Numbered from the stretch's first letter, positions 50,938 to 64,000 are shown. The stretch: DNA of 64,000 nucleotides from Azolla caroliniana (GCA_043228905.1 JBHGNT010000062.1:86555-150554); one strand, 5' to 3'. Translations and numbers: made by a program. Notes: a model not told the origin generated them from the letters alone.

Positions 50938-53024
50938 AACACGAATCTTTAGATGACCGACATCTTCACCAAAGCCTTAGGAGCTGACAAACTTCGGCAA
51001 TTCATGTCAGGCCTTGGATTGATGATCCCTGACTTGCCAAGCTTGAGAGGGAGTACAAGCGGACACCAAAGATCGTCCAAAGCGGATACCAGTTGAAGCA
51101 GACACCAATCAAAAGGAACCAACCTGAGTTGAGCTTGAGGGGGCGTGTTGAGAATCCAGCTCAACATAGCACCACGTGTGAACACACCTTTTGAGAATCC
51201 ATGATTACTCAAAAGTCAAGAGTCACACCACTACTCTCTACACATTAACTATGTGTCATAGAATCATATTCTATGACACATAACTAATCAGTTACATATT
51301 CCCCATGACTATGAGTCTTCACATTCCCTAAGAGAGAGAGTGGTTGTTGAAAAGTTAATGAAGAGAGAGGGTGACTCTATATAAAGCACCCTCCTCATAC
51401 TTCATATTAGGTCGGTTGTGACTCCTTATTATGCTACATTTTATAATTCTTATTCTACTTGTGTAATATACACCTTCTTCTTGAGTATTTTATTTCTCTT
51501 GTCTATCTATCTAGTGTTCTCTCATCTCTCCTCTAATTCCTCTCACACATACACATAACACACATCTCTTCCGCTACACAAGAATTATACCCGATTCTTT
51601 ACAGGTGCAGTCGGTTGAAATTGTGGTTTCAAAGTACAACCATACCAAATCAGGTTCTATCATTCTGTGACTGTATTTCGTCTTATCTCATAGTGGAAAT
51701 TTTTGTTCTCGTGGTTTTTCCTTGAAATCAGGGGTTTCCATGTAAATCGTGTGCTACTTCTTTTATTTCTGTTTGTGTCTAAGTTATTTGTAACTTCCAT
51801 CTGAGTGGAAATCATAACAAATTGGTATTAGAGCGAGGTTCTAGATGGAAGGGAATGTGAATGGCTTTCCGGGGATGATGTTCCTAAACTCACAAAAGTA
51901 CTCAGACTGGAAGATCAAAAGGGAAGATCTTCTGATAGTCAAAGATCTATATGAGCCTATAGAAAAGGAAGACATACCTAGAGGGGTAATAGAATTTGAG
52001 TGGAAAACTCTAATTAGAAAGGCAGTTGCAACCATACGACAGTGTGTAGACATTAGTGTTCTACAACATGTAGCAAGTGATACAAATGCCTATGAGTTAT
52101 GGCAAAAACTCTCAGCTCTCTACGAAAAGAAAAGTGCCTTGAATAAAACTTCTCTAATGAGAAAAATAGTGAGACTAAAGTACGTAAATGGGGAGAGTAT
52201 CGTAGAGTTTCATGGGGCTGGTAAACCAGTTAGCATTAGCGAAGTTTCCTTTAGATGATGCTATGCATGCCACACTACTATTATGTACTTTGCCTGACAA
52301 TTGGGAAAACCTAATAGTGACACTCAATACCTCATGTAAAGAACACAACCTATCTTTACAAGTATTAAAAACAAGTATTCTAAATGAAGAGACAAGAAGA
52401 AAGGATAAAAGTGCCTTGTCTCAATCATAAGCTAATGTGACCCAAGAACTCAATAGAGGAAGAAGAGAACATAGAAGTTCAGAAAATGGAGATAAGTTTT
52501 ATGGAAGGTCGAAATCAAGAGGAAGACCTACATGCTCCTATTGTGGGAAGCATAGTCATTTCCAAAAGAATTGTCGACGCCGTAGAAAGGACAAAGGCAT
52601 GGCTAATGAGGTTGAACCCAGAAAAATTGCTGATGATAAAAACACCTCAACCATTGCAACTAGTGAGGAAAAGATGTTAGTTATCTGTGAGCAAGTTAGT
52701 GTGAATCTTGCAAATGTTGAGTGCTCATGGGTAGTGGACTCCGGTGCATCATTCCACCTAACTCCCAAAAGAGAATGTTTCTCATCTTACATAACCGGTG
52801 ACTATGGCTACGTAAGGATGGGAAATGATGGTGAATGCAAGATTGTGGCCATAGGTAATGTGTGTTTGCTAACATCTACTGGCTACAGCTTAACATTGAA
52901 GGATGTATGCCATGTTTCGGATGTCAGATTGAATCTGATATTGGTTGGCCGGCTAGATGATGAAAGCTGCAATGGCGACCGTTTTCGAAATGGTACATGA
53001 AAGTTCTGTTAAGGGAGCCTGATT

Positions 53025-54770
53025 ACAGCAGGCCCAAGAGCGTGTTACAGAGATCGAACACAGCGTCACTAGGGCACCACAAAATCTTGAACCAGCAGCG
53101 GGGGAGGACCCCTCAATAACCTTACAAGAGGAGATTGCCGCACAACATGCAATCGCTGCTAAAGCAAAAAGGGCTACGTAGCTTGTAGAGTCTGAGATTA
53201 ACCGCCTCCGCTCCGAACTCCGCCAATCCTCCGATAGAGAAAAGGACATCCGGGCCAAAGGCCGAAAGGCAGTGAAGGCCCTCGAAGAGAAACTCAAAGC
53301 GGAGGCAGCAAGGCACGCCCGCACGAAGGAGGAAAACACCAAACTACGGGAGGAAGCCCAAAAGTTGCAAGTGGCGATCGCAGGACTCCGGGCGTTATTG
53401 GAAAACAAAAAAGCGTGGTATGACGAGTAGCTCGTACGAGAAAATGAGGTGAGGCATTAGGTCGAAGTCCGCCTGAACTATGAAATGGGCCGGTTGGAGG
53501 AATTACACTCGAAAGAATCTCAAATATGGGCAGGAATGAAGAAGCATTATGAGGAATCGGCTGCGGTTAATAAGCAAGAAATTGGAAACCTCAAAAAAAC
53601 CCTGGAAGAAGCACAGAACCGCTGCCAAGTAATAACCGACAATGTGCGCATACTTCTTCAAACAAATCGGGAGAGGTTTACGACGCAATTACAAGTAGTG
53701 CTAGACAAAGGTTGGATGGCATGGGCATCACAAGCGGCGGAGTTGCATACCTACTGGGTGGACTGGGAGAACCGTAGGACAGAAGGCTGAGGTTTCTACA
53801 AACTCAATGAGGAAGGCATTGTAGTAGTACGCGAGGATCTAGCACAGGATTATCGCACACTAGCGGACCAGCACTCCGAGGAACTCGCGCAACTACTGGA
53901 CGATTTCGGCGAAAGTCAAGAGGATATGTTTCACCAAATCATGGAAGCAGGTAGCACGCTGCCAAGAGCAGAGCCCATTGTGATACCAGAAAGTGATACT
54001 GCCGAACAGGAGGAACCTCAACCCAATTCTTCGGAGATGACAACTACGGAAGGCAGCACGCGGCAAAGAGCGAAGCCCATCACGATACCGGAAAATGATA
54101 CTGCCGAATAGGAGGAACCTTAGCCCAATTCACCGGAGAGGACAATTACGGCCTTCAACACTGAGGAAGTTACAGAGAGGACAGAGCCTCAGACTACCAA
54201 GAGCCCGCAGACAGAAGAGCCAGCCACAGTAGAACGGAATGAGGCAGCAGAGCCGGGTCCGCCCACGTTGGGAGATGTTGACGCCATGGAAAACCCCACC
54301 GAGCAAGTACAAGACATGCAACCACGCAACCACGCGCCTACGGGCACTACGCCGTCCACGGATCAGTACCTAGGAGAGGAACCAAACATCCGGAATATTT
54401 TGGAGAAAGAATAAAGGGATGGGTCCGACATGCCATGTCCTCTATAAGAGGTGCGTGTAATTTTGGGAATATAGAGCGTTTTTATAATAGAATACTATCT
54501 TCTCTTATCTCTATGCATATCTGTAGTTTTCTCTGTTGTGTTCTTTGTTTCTTTGTTGCATACGGTTAATCGTAAGGGTGTTGGTGTAAGTGCGGATACT
54601 AGTGCACTTTCTAAGGAGTTCGGTTGTAGCTGTCCCCCCTTATACGTTACTAGGATACAAGGGAGTATCCCATTACGATTTACGGTACGATGGTTCTATT
54701 CCTTGTAAAACGGTCACCTTGAGGTCTACGCCGAAGGACTGAGCGTAGACAGTGTTCCTAATCGGTAACA
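53025..54770 (+). mobile_element. Fragment of a related gypsy element: coiled-coil extra ORF and LTR-like end (...GGTAACA)
   Basis: DKGWMAWASQAAELH...ENRRTEG resembles WWDKWAKHTAELQ...ENRQKDG at 50087-50779; TATA-like tataag at about 54443. Confidence 0.7.
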
Positions 54771-54835
54771 CACCTGCTCACATATTCATCCTCGACTACT
54801 GTAATATTTTTAAATTCCCTTGGTCCAATTGTCTT

Positions 54836-57189
54836 AGCACAAGAGCAAAGAGCAACCAAGATATCCAGTTTTCGCCTCCCTGGTCAAGTCGACACCAATA
54901 TCATCAACATGAACAAGGGAAAGAAGATTGCTAGGTATGTTTTCGGAACTATATTTTTAGATTCTTCAAAGATTCCCAAAATATTCCTTTTTGTGTTTGT
55001 TAATTTTTTGTGTCTTGAATACGATGCTTTCAATCGAGTTCTCATAATTTCAACGATGGAGTGCATGGAGTTCTCGTTGAAAGGGGGGAGAACTCGATGC
55101 ACTGCATCGAGTTTCTGTTGAAAAGGGGGACTTTCAACGAGAACGTGATGCACTCATTGAAAGGGAGGAGAACTTGATGCAGTGCATTGAGTTCCCATTG
55201 AAAGGGTTTTGCTTTCCACGGGAACTCGATGCAGTGTAGCAAGTAGTGTTTCTTTCAATGGAAACTCGATGCACTGCATCGACTTCTCGTTGAAAGAGGG
55301 GACTTTCATGATCAATATACTAGAATTGGTCACTTTCTTGCTATTTTTTTGCATTTTTCTCAATGTTTTTTTATGTAACATTACATTTGAAAATGGGTGA
55401 TTTTCGCCTACTTTTGCGGAAGTTTACCTTAGTTTTCAGGTTTACGTTGTTTATTTTTAAGATTATTGACATATCATTGTGTTATTACTTGTTGTTTTTA
55501 GTGAATCACGATAGAAGGTCCCATCTGTTAAATTGAAGATTCCTTCCCCAACAAAAAAACCTTCCGACACCATGCCCAAGAATGACTCACAGAAAATGTT
55601 TATTGAGTTGGGAGGTGATGGGACTTCCCTCACTTTAGGCGAAAAGAGTAGTGGGGAGCCTCGCTTCAAGATCTACCCTCATGTCGAGTGGACATTAATC
55701 TATACCCAAGACAAAGGAGATTTGCTCCTTATTTTTGCGAAATTTGAAGGTGAGGGCAAGTTGCAAGTGGGGAAGACTTTCACCTACAGCCATGTAAAGA
55801 ATATCGAATTCGAAAACAATGACTCATCGAACCTCTTGTTCGATGTTGATAGCTTGGTGGGGATGCGCAGAGTCAGGATAGATGAACAAAATTTCATAAA
55901 TTAGTCGTGCCACCTGAAAGCTTTGAAAAAGATGTTCAAACCAAAAATAATTTGAGTGTTGCTTTGCGCCCTTATATTAAGGGAGAACTGATGTTCGCAC
56001 AAGCAACCACACCACCAAAGTTTGCCAATAAATCAAAATCGGAGCATAAGAAGTACAAGAAAAGGCAGCAGCCCGAGGAGGACGAGCCCGAGGTACTCGA
56101 GTTCGTGGAAGATGAGGAGGAAGATATTGAGTTCAAAGTTATTCCTCCAGGGGGCCACATTGCATCGGGAATACTCACCTCAGAGCAAAATCGGATAAGA
56201 GAAAACGACAACTATTTCACTTGCCAATCTCCTCTATTCTGAGGCCACCCATTGATCTTGAAACAACAAGACGGACTCTAGAAATAAGAGAGCCACATTT
56301 AGTGCATGTGCAAAACTTAAAAAGAAAAATGAAGATAAATTCACATGCCACTGTAGTGTCATTCCTAGTAATGGTAGACCTTGATCAGTGCCCAACTGTT
56401 GTTGACTTTAAGTATAGTTCAGCTGACAACTACACATACTACATGATTGGAGCATCCCACTCTACTGAAGCTCGACATCAACTTGTGAAGGAGTATCCAC
56501 CTACCCCATTCTTCAAATATGCAAAATGTAAAGTGTACGATGGCCTTAGACATGAAGAAGCCAAGTTGCTAGTTTGGGGTCATAACAATGATTATGACTA
56601 CAAATAAAAGATGTCATGTATCGAGCGCCTCAAGTTCTTCCATCACGAGTACCTTGATGCATTGCAAAAATTTGGTCCTAGGTTGCATCCTGGATTGCAA
56701 TGACAATGTCTGCTTGAAGTGGGGATAGCAGTTGACGAAAGCACTAGGTCTAAAGGCCTAAGGAAATATGACTCGTGGTTTCAACTTGTGTTGAGAACAA
56801 CGGAGGTGTGGGACCTCCAAGATCAAATTTTTAGTATGTGGGAGCGAAAAGAAATAAAGGGTCAAAGATCAAAGAAGGCTAAGCTTGACCCACAATTGGA
56901 GATGAAGTCTAAGTCACGTAAAAGTGACTTAGTAATTGAAGAACTAGCCGAGGATATGAAGTTGCTTCCTTGGCGGTCATTGCAAGGAATAAAAGATGAC
57001 AGATTATTAATATATGTATTATCAAGAGTGGTTGCCAAGGAGTTTAGCCTTGATGAAATGGTCACAGAGTTTCAAAAGTGAGTATTCTATGTGATGACTT
57101 ATTTTGATTGTATTGTGGGAATGATTTGCTCTTTATAATAACCTTACTTTCTTTTAATTTTTAGCCATAAGGTTTATGTGAAGATAGGT
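54836..57189 (+). repeat. Dispersed repeat copy 2 (palindrome array about 55015-55300 plus ParB-like gene), uninterrupted
   Basis: Colinear with 307-1088 plus 4312-5930. Confidence 0.9.
55572..57189 (+). pseudogene. Decayed ParB/Srx-like gene, copy 2
   Basis: ATG at 55572; ORFs 55533-57081; YYMIGASHSTEARHQL at about 56437; same GT-AG intron from about 57078; truncated early in the next exon. Confidence 0.65.
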
Positions 57190-57364
57190 ACCACTAAGGA
57201 ACGACCGTGCACTTTGGAATTTGCAACAGACTTTGTACATAGTATCGCAAGGCTTGGTTTGTCAATTACCCTCCCTGGTGTGCTCTTGCTAGAAACTACA
57301 ACATTCATATTATACGCATACATATTATAAGAGTACATATTATAACATGAGCTCAAAATTACAA

Positions 57365-58440
57365 ATATAGTATTGATCCACCTGGACATGCATATTTCAT
57401 ATGGTAATGAACAATGTTAGTACTAAAAAGCCAAGACATTCATGTCTATTTGTTCGGTCATGGAAAGCCTAATTCAAGTGGACACAAAAAGTACAATGCA
57501 ATAAGCAATGCTAGTACTAATACAAGTTGTACAACTAAACATTTAGGACCCTCCCTACCAAATAATCAATACTGAATGAATTGATTATGGAGGAATGCAA
57601 TGTATTAAGTAATGTTAGTACTTAAACAACATCTTAGGAACTTGAAGGATTAGTACTAAGACACCTGGAGATGCATATTTCATCGAGTAATGAACAATGT
57701 TAGTACTTAAAAGCCAAGACCTTCATGCCTATTTGTTCGGTTATGCAATGCCTAAGTCAAGTGGACTCAAAAACTACAATGCAATTAACCAATGTTAGTA
57801 CTAATACGAGTTATACAACTACACATTTAAGACCCTCCGCACTAAATAATCAATACTGAATCAATTGATCACGAAAGAATACAATGGAATAAGTACTGTT
57901 AGTACTTAATCAACATCTTAGGATCTTAAAAGAATAGTATTGAACGACCTTGACATGCATATTTCTGATGGTAATGAACAATGTTAGTACTAAACAACCA
58001 AGACCGACATGCCTATTTGTTCGGTTATGAAAAGCCTAAGTCAAGTGGACTCAAAAAGTACAATGCAATTAACCAATGTTAGTACTAATACGAGTTATAC
58101 AACTAAACATTTAAGACCCTCCGTAAGAAATAATCAATACCGAATCAATTGATCACGAAGGAATACAACGGAATAAGTACTGTTAGTACTTAATCAACAT
58201 CTTAGGATCTTAAAGGAATAGTATTGAACCACCTGGACATGCATATTTCGGATGGTAATGAACAATGTTAGTACTAAACAGCCAAGACCGACATGCCTAT
58301 TTGTTCGATCATGCAAAGCCTTAGTCAAATGGATAAAAAAAGTACAATGCAATAAACAATGTTAGTACTAATACAAGTTATACAACTAAACATTTAAGAC
58401 CTTTAGTACTAAATAATCTGCACTAAATCGACTGATCATC
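57365..58440. repeat. AT-rich tandem repeat, about 284-bp unit, about 3.8 copies
   Basis: atgcatatttc recurs at about 57388, 57672, 57955 and 58239; internal tgttagtact sub-repeats. Confidence 0.9.
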
Positions 58441-58521
58441 CTGGATCCAACTGTAAGAATAGAACCAAAAGTAAAATTATAAAATCATAGTATAAAAATT
58501 GCATAATGCTAAATCACATAC

Positions 58522-59576
58522 CATAGGAGTGTACTTTCAAACCCCAAGCTAGGTACCATTCGGCTCCAACTATACTTTTACAGTCCAAACATATATTTTC
58601 TTGCTCGACATGGTACTTAGCACATAACAAATGATATGTGTGCAAGCATGGTGTAATGATAGCATGCATAGACTCAAGCTTGAATCCAAGGCCACAAAAT
58701 AAACACCTTTAGTAACGAGACACAACATACACTATATTAGCACCAATGATATTTTATACCATAGAAGGTCAAAAAGGAGAAATATAAACCATTATTGTGA
58801 TATAGTAATGTTTCTAATTGTACTTTCCATGCAAGTGGTGTGCTCAACTATGTTTGGACATAGAGTATCTCAACCTTTTTCTTTTAGAACCTTCAAAAAA
58901 CATGTTAGATTCTCTGAATGCAGCTTTAAGGCTGATAATTGCTCATCAATTTCATTACGAGAAGACCGCCATGTCTCTAAATCTTTCTTCTGTGCTTCCA
59001 GATGAGTACCCATACTTGTGAGCTCCTTCTTCAACTCCTCTTTTAACACATCACTTTCTGAATTTTGGATTGTTGATGCAATCCATTTGTATGTATTTGA
59101 CATAGATGTGAATTGTTTCTCTGCTGCCATCTCACTAAATGAAACTTCTTCCAAATCGACCGGCAGTGCTTGCATTCTTGTTTGCATGAAAGCTATACAA
59201 CGCAACAATAGCTCTTCATGTTTTTCTGTCAATGTGGCTTTTTGTTTTGCAATTTGTGAGTCAACACAGATGTCCGAGTTGGGATTTCAATATGAGAGGT
59301 ACACTCAGACTTCATGGTAGTGTTGGTACTTGAGGACCCTCTATAATGTGATGATCGATGATGAGCAAAATCTTCCCAATCAACTTCAATGTCACCATGG
59401 AGTTCACATGCAAATGCACGTGCAAAGACAGATCCTACCTCATTGTTTAGGATATGTTTCCTATCATAAACTTGTTCATATTGTGACTTTAGTTTAGTGA
59501 TATAATCCTTCTTCAATTGAGTGAGGGGGAAACCTCTCCGTGTCTCTGTGATGAGCCCTAGGTTTTCATCATCCAC
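58522..59576 (-). pseudogene. Decayed gene with a coiled-coil region and a RING-H2 finger (58522-58707)
   Basis: CLFCGLGFKLESMHAIITPCLHTYHLLCAKYHVEQENICLDC fits C3H2C3 spacing and is followed by a GT donor; upstream ORFs 58870-59232 and 59229-59576 are on the same strand. Confidence 0.7.
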
Positions 59577-60811
59577 ATGTCTAGGTCTTCATAAGTGTGA
59601 GGTCGTGCACGAAGGAAATAAACCCATCCCAATTTTGTACCTCGAAGGATGTTTGTGTGAACCTTTTTGCCCTAAGTTGCCAAAAACTTCGACCTCCCTT
59701 TGGTGGGGGTCATCTTACTTTCTTTGATGGGGGTCCTTTTTCATTCCTTGCATGGTGTGATGACATTTTCAGTGACCATTTTGTGTTGTTGATGCAAACC
59801 ATTCGTATGTATTCGACATAGATGTGAATTGTTTCTCTGTTGCCATCTCACGAGATGAAACTTCTTCCCAATTGGGCATCAGTGCTTGCATTTTTGTTTG
59901 CATGAAAGCTATACAACGCAACAATCGCTCTTCATGTTTTTGTGTCAATGTGGCTTTCTGTTTTGCAATTTGTGAGTCAACACAGATGTCCGAGTTGGGA
60001 TTTCAATATGAGAGGTACAGTCAGACTTCATGGTAGTGTTGGTACTTGAGGACCCTCTATAATGTGATGATCGATGATGAGCAAAATCTTCCCAATCAAC
60101 TTCAATGTCACCATGGAGTTCACATGCAAATGCACGTGCAAAGACAGATCCTACCTCATTGTTAAGGATATGTTTCCTATCATAAACTTGTTCATATTGT
60201 GACTTTAGTTTATTGATATAATCCTTCTTCAATTGAGTGAGGTGGAACCTCTCCGTGTCTCTGTGATGAGCCCTAGTTTTTCATCATCCACATGTCTAGG
60301 TCTTCATAAGTGTGAGGTCGTGCACGAAGGAAATAAACCCATCCCAATTTTGTACCTTGAAGGATGTTTGTGTGAACCTTTTTGCCCTAAGTTGCCAAAA
60401 ACTTCGACCTCCCTTTGGTGGGGGTTATCTTACTTTCTTTGATGGGGGTCCTTTTTCATTCCTTGCATGGTGTGATGACATTTTCGGTGACCATTTTGTG
60501 TTGTTGATGCAAACCATTCGTATGTATTCGACATAGATGTGAATTGTTTCTCTGTTGCCATCTCACGAGATGAAACTTCTTCCCAATCGGGCATCAGTGC
60601 TTGCATTTTTGTTTGCATGAAAGCTATACAACGCAACAATCGCTCTTCATGTTTTTCTGTCAATGTGGCTTTCTGTTTTGCAATTTGTGAGTAAACACAG
60701 ATGTCCGAGTTGGGATTTCAATATGAGAGGTACACTCAGACTTCATGGTAGTGTTGGTACTTGAGGACCCTCTATACTGTGATGATTGATGATGAGCAAA
60801 ATCTTCCCAAT
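59085..60811. repeat. Tandem repeat of about 715 bp (about 2.4 copies) of the 5' part of the RING-linked gene
   Basis: agatgtgaattgtttctctg at about 59104, 59820 and 60535; duplicated ORF translations. Confidence 0.92.
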
Positions 60812-62876
60812 TGAAAAAACGAAGGTGCGGAAGCATTAGACAACTAGTTTAGCCGGATAGCAACACAGAGAGAGAGAGAGATTAACAAATAGAAGGTATG
60901 TAGGAGAGACATAGAAAGAGCAGAACAACTTAAATCTATTATCAACAATCCTGTAAATTCTCTATACATACAACGTGCTCAACAACACTATTTATACAAG
61001 TCCTAAGATGACTGACAGAGGTACAATGTCCTTCAATGCTCACATGAGCATCTGACACTAACTACGAGACATTAACTACCTAGTAGTCTAGGCTACTACT
61101 AGGCTTCTAGTTACTGCTTGATCCGGCTAACCGGCTCCCCAGCTCATCGACTTGCCGATCCGACTTAAGCTTATTCAGTCGATCCGGATCCGGTTGAGCT
61201 TGCCGCTCATCACTCCCCCTCAAGCTCAAGTTGAGATCGGATCGTAATGTTAGTCTCCATGGCAACCGGTCCTTCCACCGAGCTCCTTCTGGCGTCACTC
61301 CGTCTTGCTCGCGCTCCTCGTCTGGTCCGGTCCCATTTGTTGCGACCCTTCTGATTTTGCACACCTCGATCTCCTCGGTCGGCTTGTCTGCTCAACAGGC
61401 CCAATTCAGCTCCCTCACTGTTGTGACTTTGGCACTTGCTAATTCGCCGATTCCTTCGTGTTGACGTCCTCTTGGCCTTGTCGTCCTCTTGGCCTTGAAT
61501 TGATCCAATTCTTCTTAATCTGTCTGTTGAACCGAATCGGCTATCTCCGATTCATTCCAGCTCTTGTTTGAATCGGTCGCTCCCGATTCGTCTTCCAGTT
61601 CTAGGCCCTTGACCACATCGGACCATGTTCGGGTCTTGGCCTTCTTCTTCCGGTCGGCTCTGTCCTTCTTGACTCTGCCGCCGCTGCCATTTGTTCCGAC
61701 TTGTTCGGATGTGTCAACTTTCTTTGTCAATTTAGCTCCTTTCTTCTTCTCGTCTCTCCCTTTGTTGGTTCTTCCCTCACCGGTGCAATCGACAAATTCT
61801 TTGCCTTTGCCTGTTCCGGTGTCTTTGCCCGTTCTCCCCCTCAAGTGTGGCACGTAGAGATGTTGAACACCAAGCATTTCGGTGAAGTGCTACAACTTGT
61901 CCGATCCGAGCGGTTTGGTGAAGATGTCGGCAACTTGCCGATCCGTATGAACATACCAAAGTTTGACTTCACCACTCAGGACACGCTCATCCACGAAGTG
62001 GTAGTGGTTGTGCGAGCATGGAATACGGGGTTCTTGGCGAGCTGCATACTGCTTATGTTGTCGTAGTAGATCAGGATCGGGGTCGACACTTTGATCCGTA
62101 GGTCTTGCAACAGTCGCCGAAGCCAAATGGCTTCACAGGTGGCAATGGTAACACCTCGGTATTCAACCTCAGTGCTCGAAAAGGCCACTGTTGGCTGCTT
62201 TTTGCTGCTCCACGCAACAGCAGCGCTACTAAGGGAAAAAATGTAGCCGGAGGTGGATCGGCGATCCGATGCATTGCCGGCCCCGTCGGCATCGGTGTAG
62301 CTGACTAGCTCTTCGATTATACCATGCCGGTACAATAGTCCCCGGTCCTTCGTGCCGCTCACATATCGCAAAATTCGATGCGCGCACAGAAGGTGCTCCA
62401 CGGTCGGCTTCTGCATATATTGGTAGTCACGCCGACTGGATAACTGATGTTGGTTCGGCTGATTGTCAAATATATAAGGCTTCCAACAATTTGTCGGAAC
62501 CACTTCTCATCACAGGCTAGTCCGGAGTCGGGACGGAGCTTCTGGTTCCGGTCCAGGGGTGTGGAGATCGGTCGGCATTCCATCATGCCGAACTTGTACA
62601 ACATAATCAACACATAGTGTCTTTGTGAGAGCAATATGCCATCGGGGGTTTGAATCACCTCGATCCCAAGGAAATAGTGAAGGTCCCCCAGGTCCTTCAT
62701 CTCAAATGCTTTCGACAGTTGGGACTTGACTTGGCTGATTTCATCGATTCCGGGTCCGGTGATGACTAGATCATCAACATACAGCAAGATGCAAACCAGA
62801 CCATTTGGACCTTGCCGGATGAACAATGAAGAGTCGAACTTGGAGGCAACAAACCCCATCTTACGCAACCGGTGCG
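60812..62876 (-). mobile_element. 3' part of a Ty1/copia (RT-RNase H, PPT at about 61213-61221, 3' LTR 60812-61212)
   Basis: LLYVDDL, YTDADGAG...RRSTSG, WSSKKQ, ADIFTKPL; GAGGGGGAG followed by a TG...CA LTR. Confidence 0.9.
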
Positions 62877-64000
62877 TGTTGGGATTACGGTCCCTCCGGA
62901 TGGGATGGTCAGATGTCCGGAGCCGGTTGATGAAGACCCCGGCTACGGAGCCGGTTGATGAAGACCCCGGCTACGGAGCCGGGTGATGAAGACCCCGGCT
63001 ACGGAGCCGGGTGATGAAGACCCCGGCTACGGAGCCGGATGATGAATGTACCCGGAGAGAGATCCGGATGCGGGGACATATTTGTGAATATGTTTGCCAA
63101 GGGCCCTCTAGGCTATATTTGTAAATAGCCCGAAAGTCATATGTTGTATAAATATGACTTAGGGCAAACAGTTTTATGTTGTTGCTCATTTTATGTTTTC
63201 AGCCGAGAGAGCGAAGTGAGAGCAGCCGAGAGAGAGAGAGAGAAAGGAAGAGGTCGACGCCTCTATGTATTACCGCCGCCTGTGGCGAAGACAGTGAGCT
63301 CAAGGTTGTTGCCTTGTAGCTTCACCATTGTACATCTCTGTGTATAGTGATAGTTGGAGTTTGAGGACTCCCGTGGTTTTTCCCATTTAGGGTTTTCCAC
63401 GTAAAACACCCTGTGTACTCTTCTCTCTATTGTCTTCGTGCATTTTGTATTTCCTGTTTTCTGTGAGTTGATCCTATTCCTCGGTTGTGGCCGAGCATTG
63501 TGTGCAACAAAGTGGTATCAGAGCGACGTTAACACAGAAAATGGAAGGCGGCGGTAGTGGGCCTCCGGGCATGATGGTGTTGAACTCACAGAACTACGCC
63601 GACTGGAAGATAAAGATGGAAGACCTTCTCATCGTCCGAGACCTGTACGAACCGATCGACAATGCCGAGATACCCAAGGGGGTAATAGAGTCGGAGTGGA
63701 AGCTCCTGAACCGGAAAGCCGTAGCGACGATCCGGCAATATGTCGATGTAAGTGTTCTGCAACATGTGGCGAACGATACGAACGCCTATGAGATGTGGCA
63801 GAAGCTGTCCGGACTGTATGAGAGGAAGAATGCTCTGACCCGGACCTCCCTGATGAGGAAGATAGTGAATCTTAAGTACCAGGACGGCGAGAGCATGGTC
63901 GAACACGTCAGCACGTTCATGGGATTCGTGAACCAGCTTGCGGCGATCAAGTTCCCGTTGGATGACGCAATGCAAGCCATCATGCTGATGTGTACCCTTC
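62877..64000 (+). mobile_element. Tnt1/Tork-like copia 5' end (LTR 62877-63509, tRNA-Met PBS 63513-63524), inserted in the RT of the preceding copia
   Basis: TGTTG...CAACA LTR with tandem gatgaagaccccggctacggagccgg units; TGGTATCAGAGC. Confidence 0.9.
63541..64000 (+). CDS. Copia Gag N-terminus, open to the window end
   Basis: MEGGGSGPPGMMVLNSQNYADWKIKMEDLLIVRDLYEPID..., homologous to 51845-52430. Confidence 0.88.
   Translation, partial: MEGGGSGPPGMMVLNSQNYADWKIKMEDLLIVRDLYEPIDNAEIPKGVIESEWKLLNRKAVATIRQYVDVSVLQHVANDTNAYEMWQKLSGLYERKNALTRTSLMRKIVNLKYQDGESMVEHVSTFMGFVNQLAAIKFPLDDAMQAIMLMCTL

Larger units (their letters stand above)
35756..51603 (+). mobile_element. Full-length decayed Ty1/copia with LTRs 35756-36211 and 51146-51603, TSD GGTGC
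   Basis: GGTGC at 35751-35755 and 51604-51608; PBS TGGTATCAGAGC at 36212; PPT before 51146; gag-PR-INT-RT-RH order; LTRs differ at about 16 positions by eye. Confidence 0.96.
35188..53024 (+). mobile_element. Tnt1/Tork-like copia host element: 5' LTR split into 35188-35755 and 51609-51819, PBS 51823-51834, decayed gag-protease 51845-53024, 3'-truncated
   Basis: LTR termini TGTTATGA...TCATAACA; TGGTATTAGAGC; gag WKIKREDLL, CSYCGKHSHFQKNC, WVVDSGASFH. Confidence 0.85.

Noticed and set aside
53007-54770. Possible solo LTR TGTTA...TAACA
   Set aside because: Flanks AGTTC and CACCT do not form a TSD, and 53007-53024 still reads as host copia sequence (KFC*GSLI).

Overview
Eukaryotic, repeat-rich land-plant DNA; the PLS-PPR remnant and transposon types suggest a non-seed plant such as a fern (inference only). 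The only intact host gene is a 7-exon ferric reductase oxidase (FRO family, about 800 aa). It is present twice, head-to-head, in a large inverted duplication (arms about 8045-16195 and 30178-38361, plus an older inner segment), and identity between the arms falls in steps toward the centre. Most of the rest is LTR retrotransposons, including a nested stack with readable target-site duplications (TSDs): a Tnt1-like copia LTR interrupted by a second copia, which carries a solo LTR and a gypsy element. The least expected signals are: (1) an intron-containing relic of a bacterial-type beta-class N4C/N6A DNA methyltransferase (about 17580-18160, minus); (2) two copies of a spliced, decayed gene with a ParB/Srx-like motif, each preceded by an array of 25-bp palindromes; (3) a RING-H2 segment missed by the ORF track. 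These may be remnants of a mobile element carrying a ParB-methyltransferase gene (hypothesis). All alignments, counts and domain calls were made by eye.
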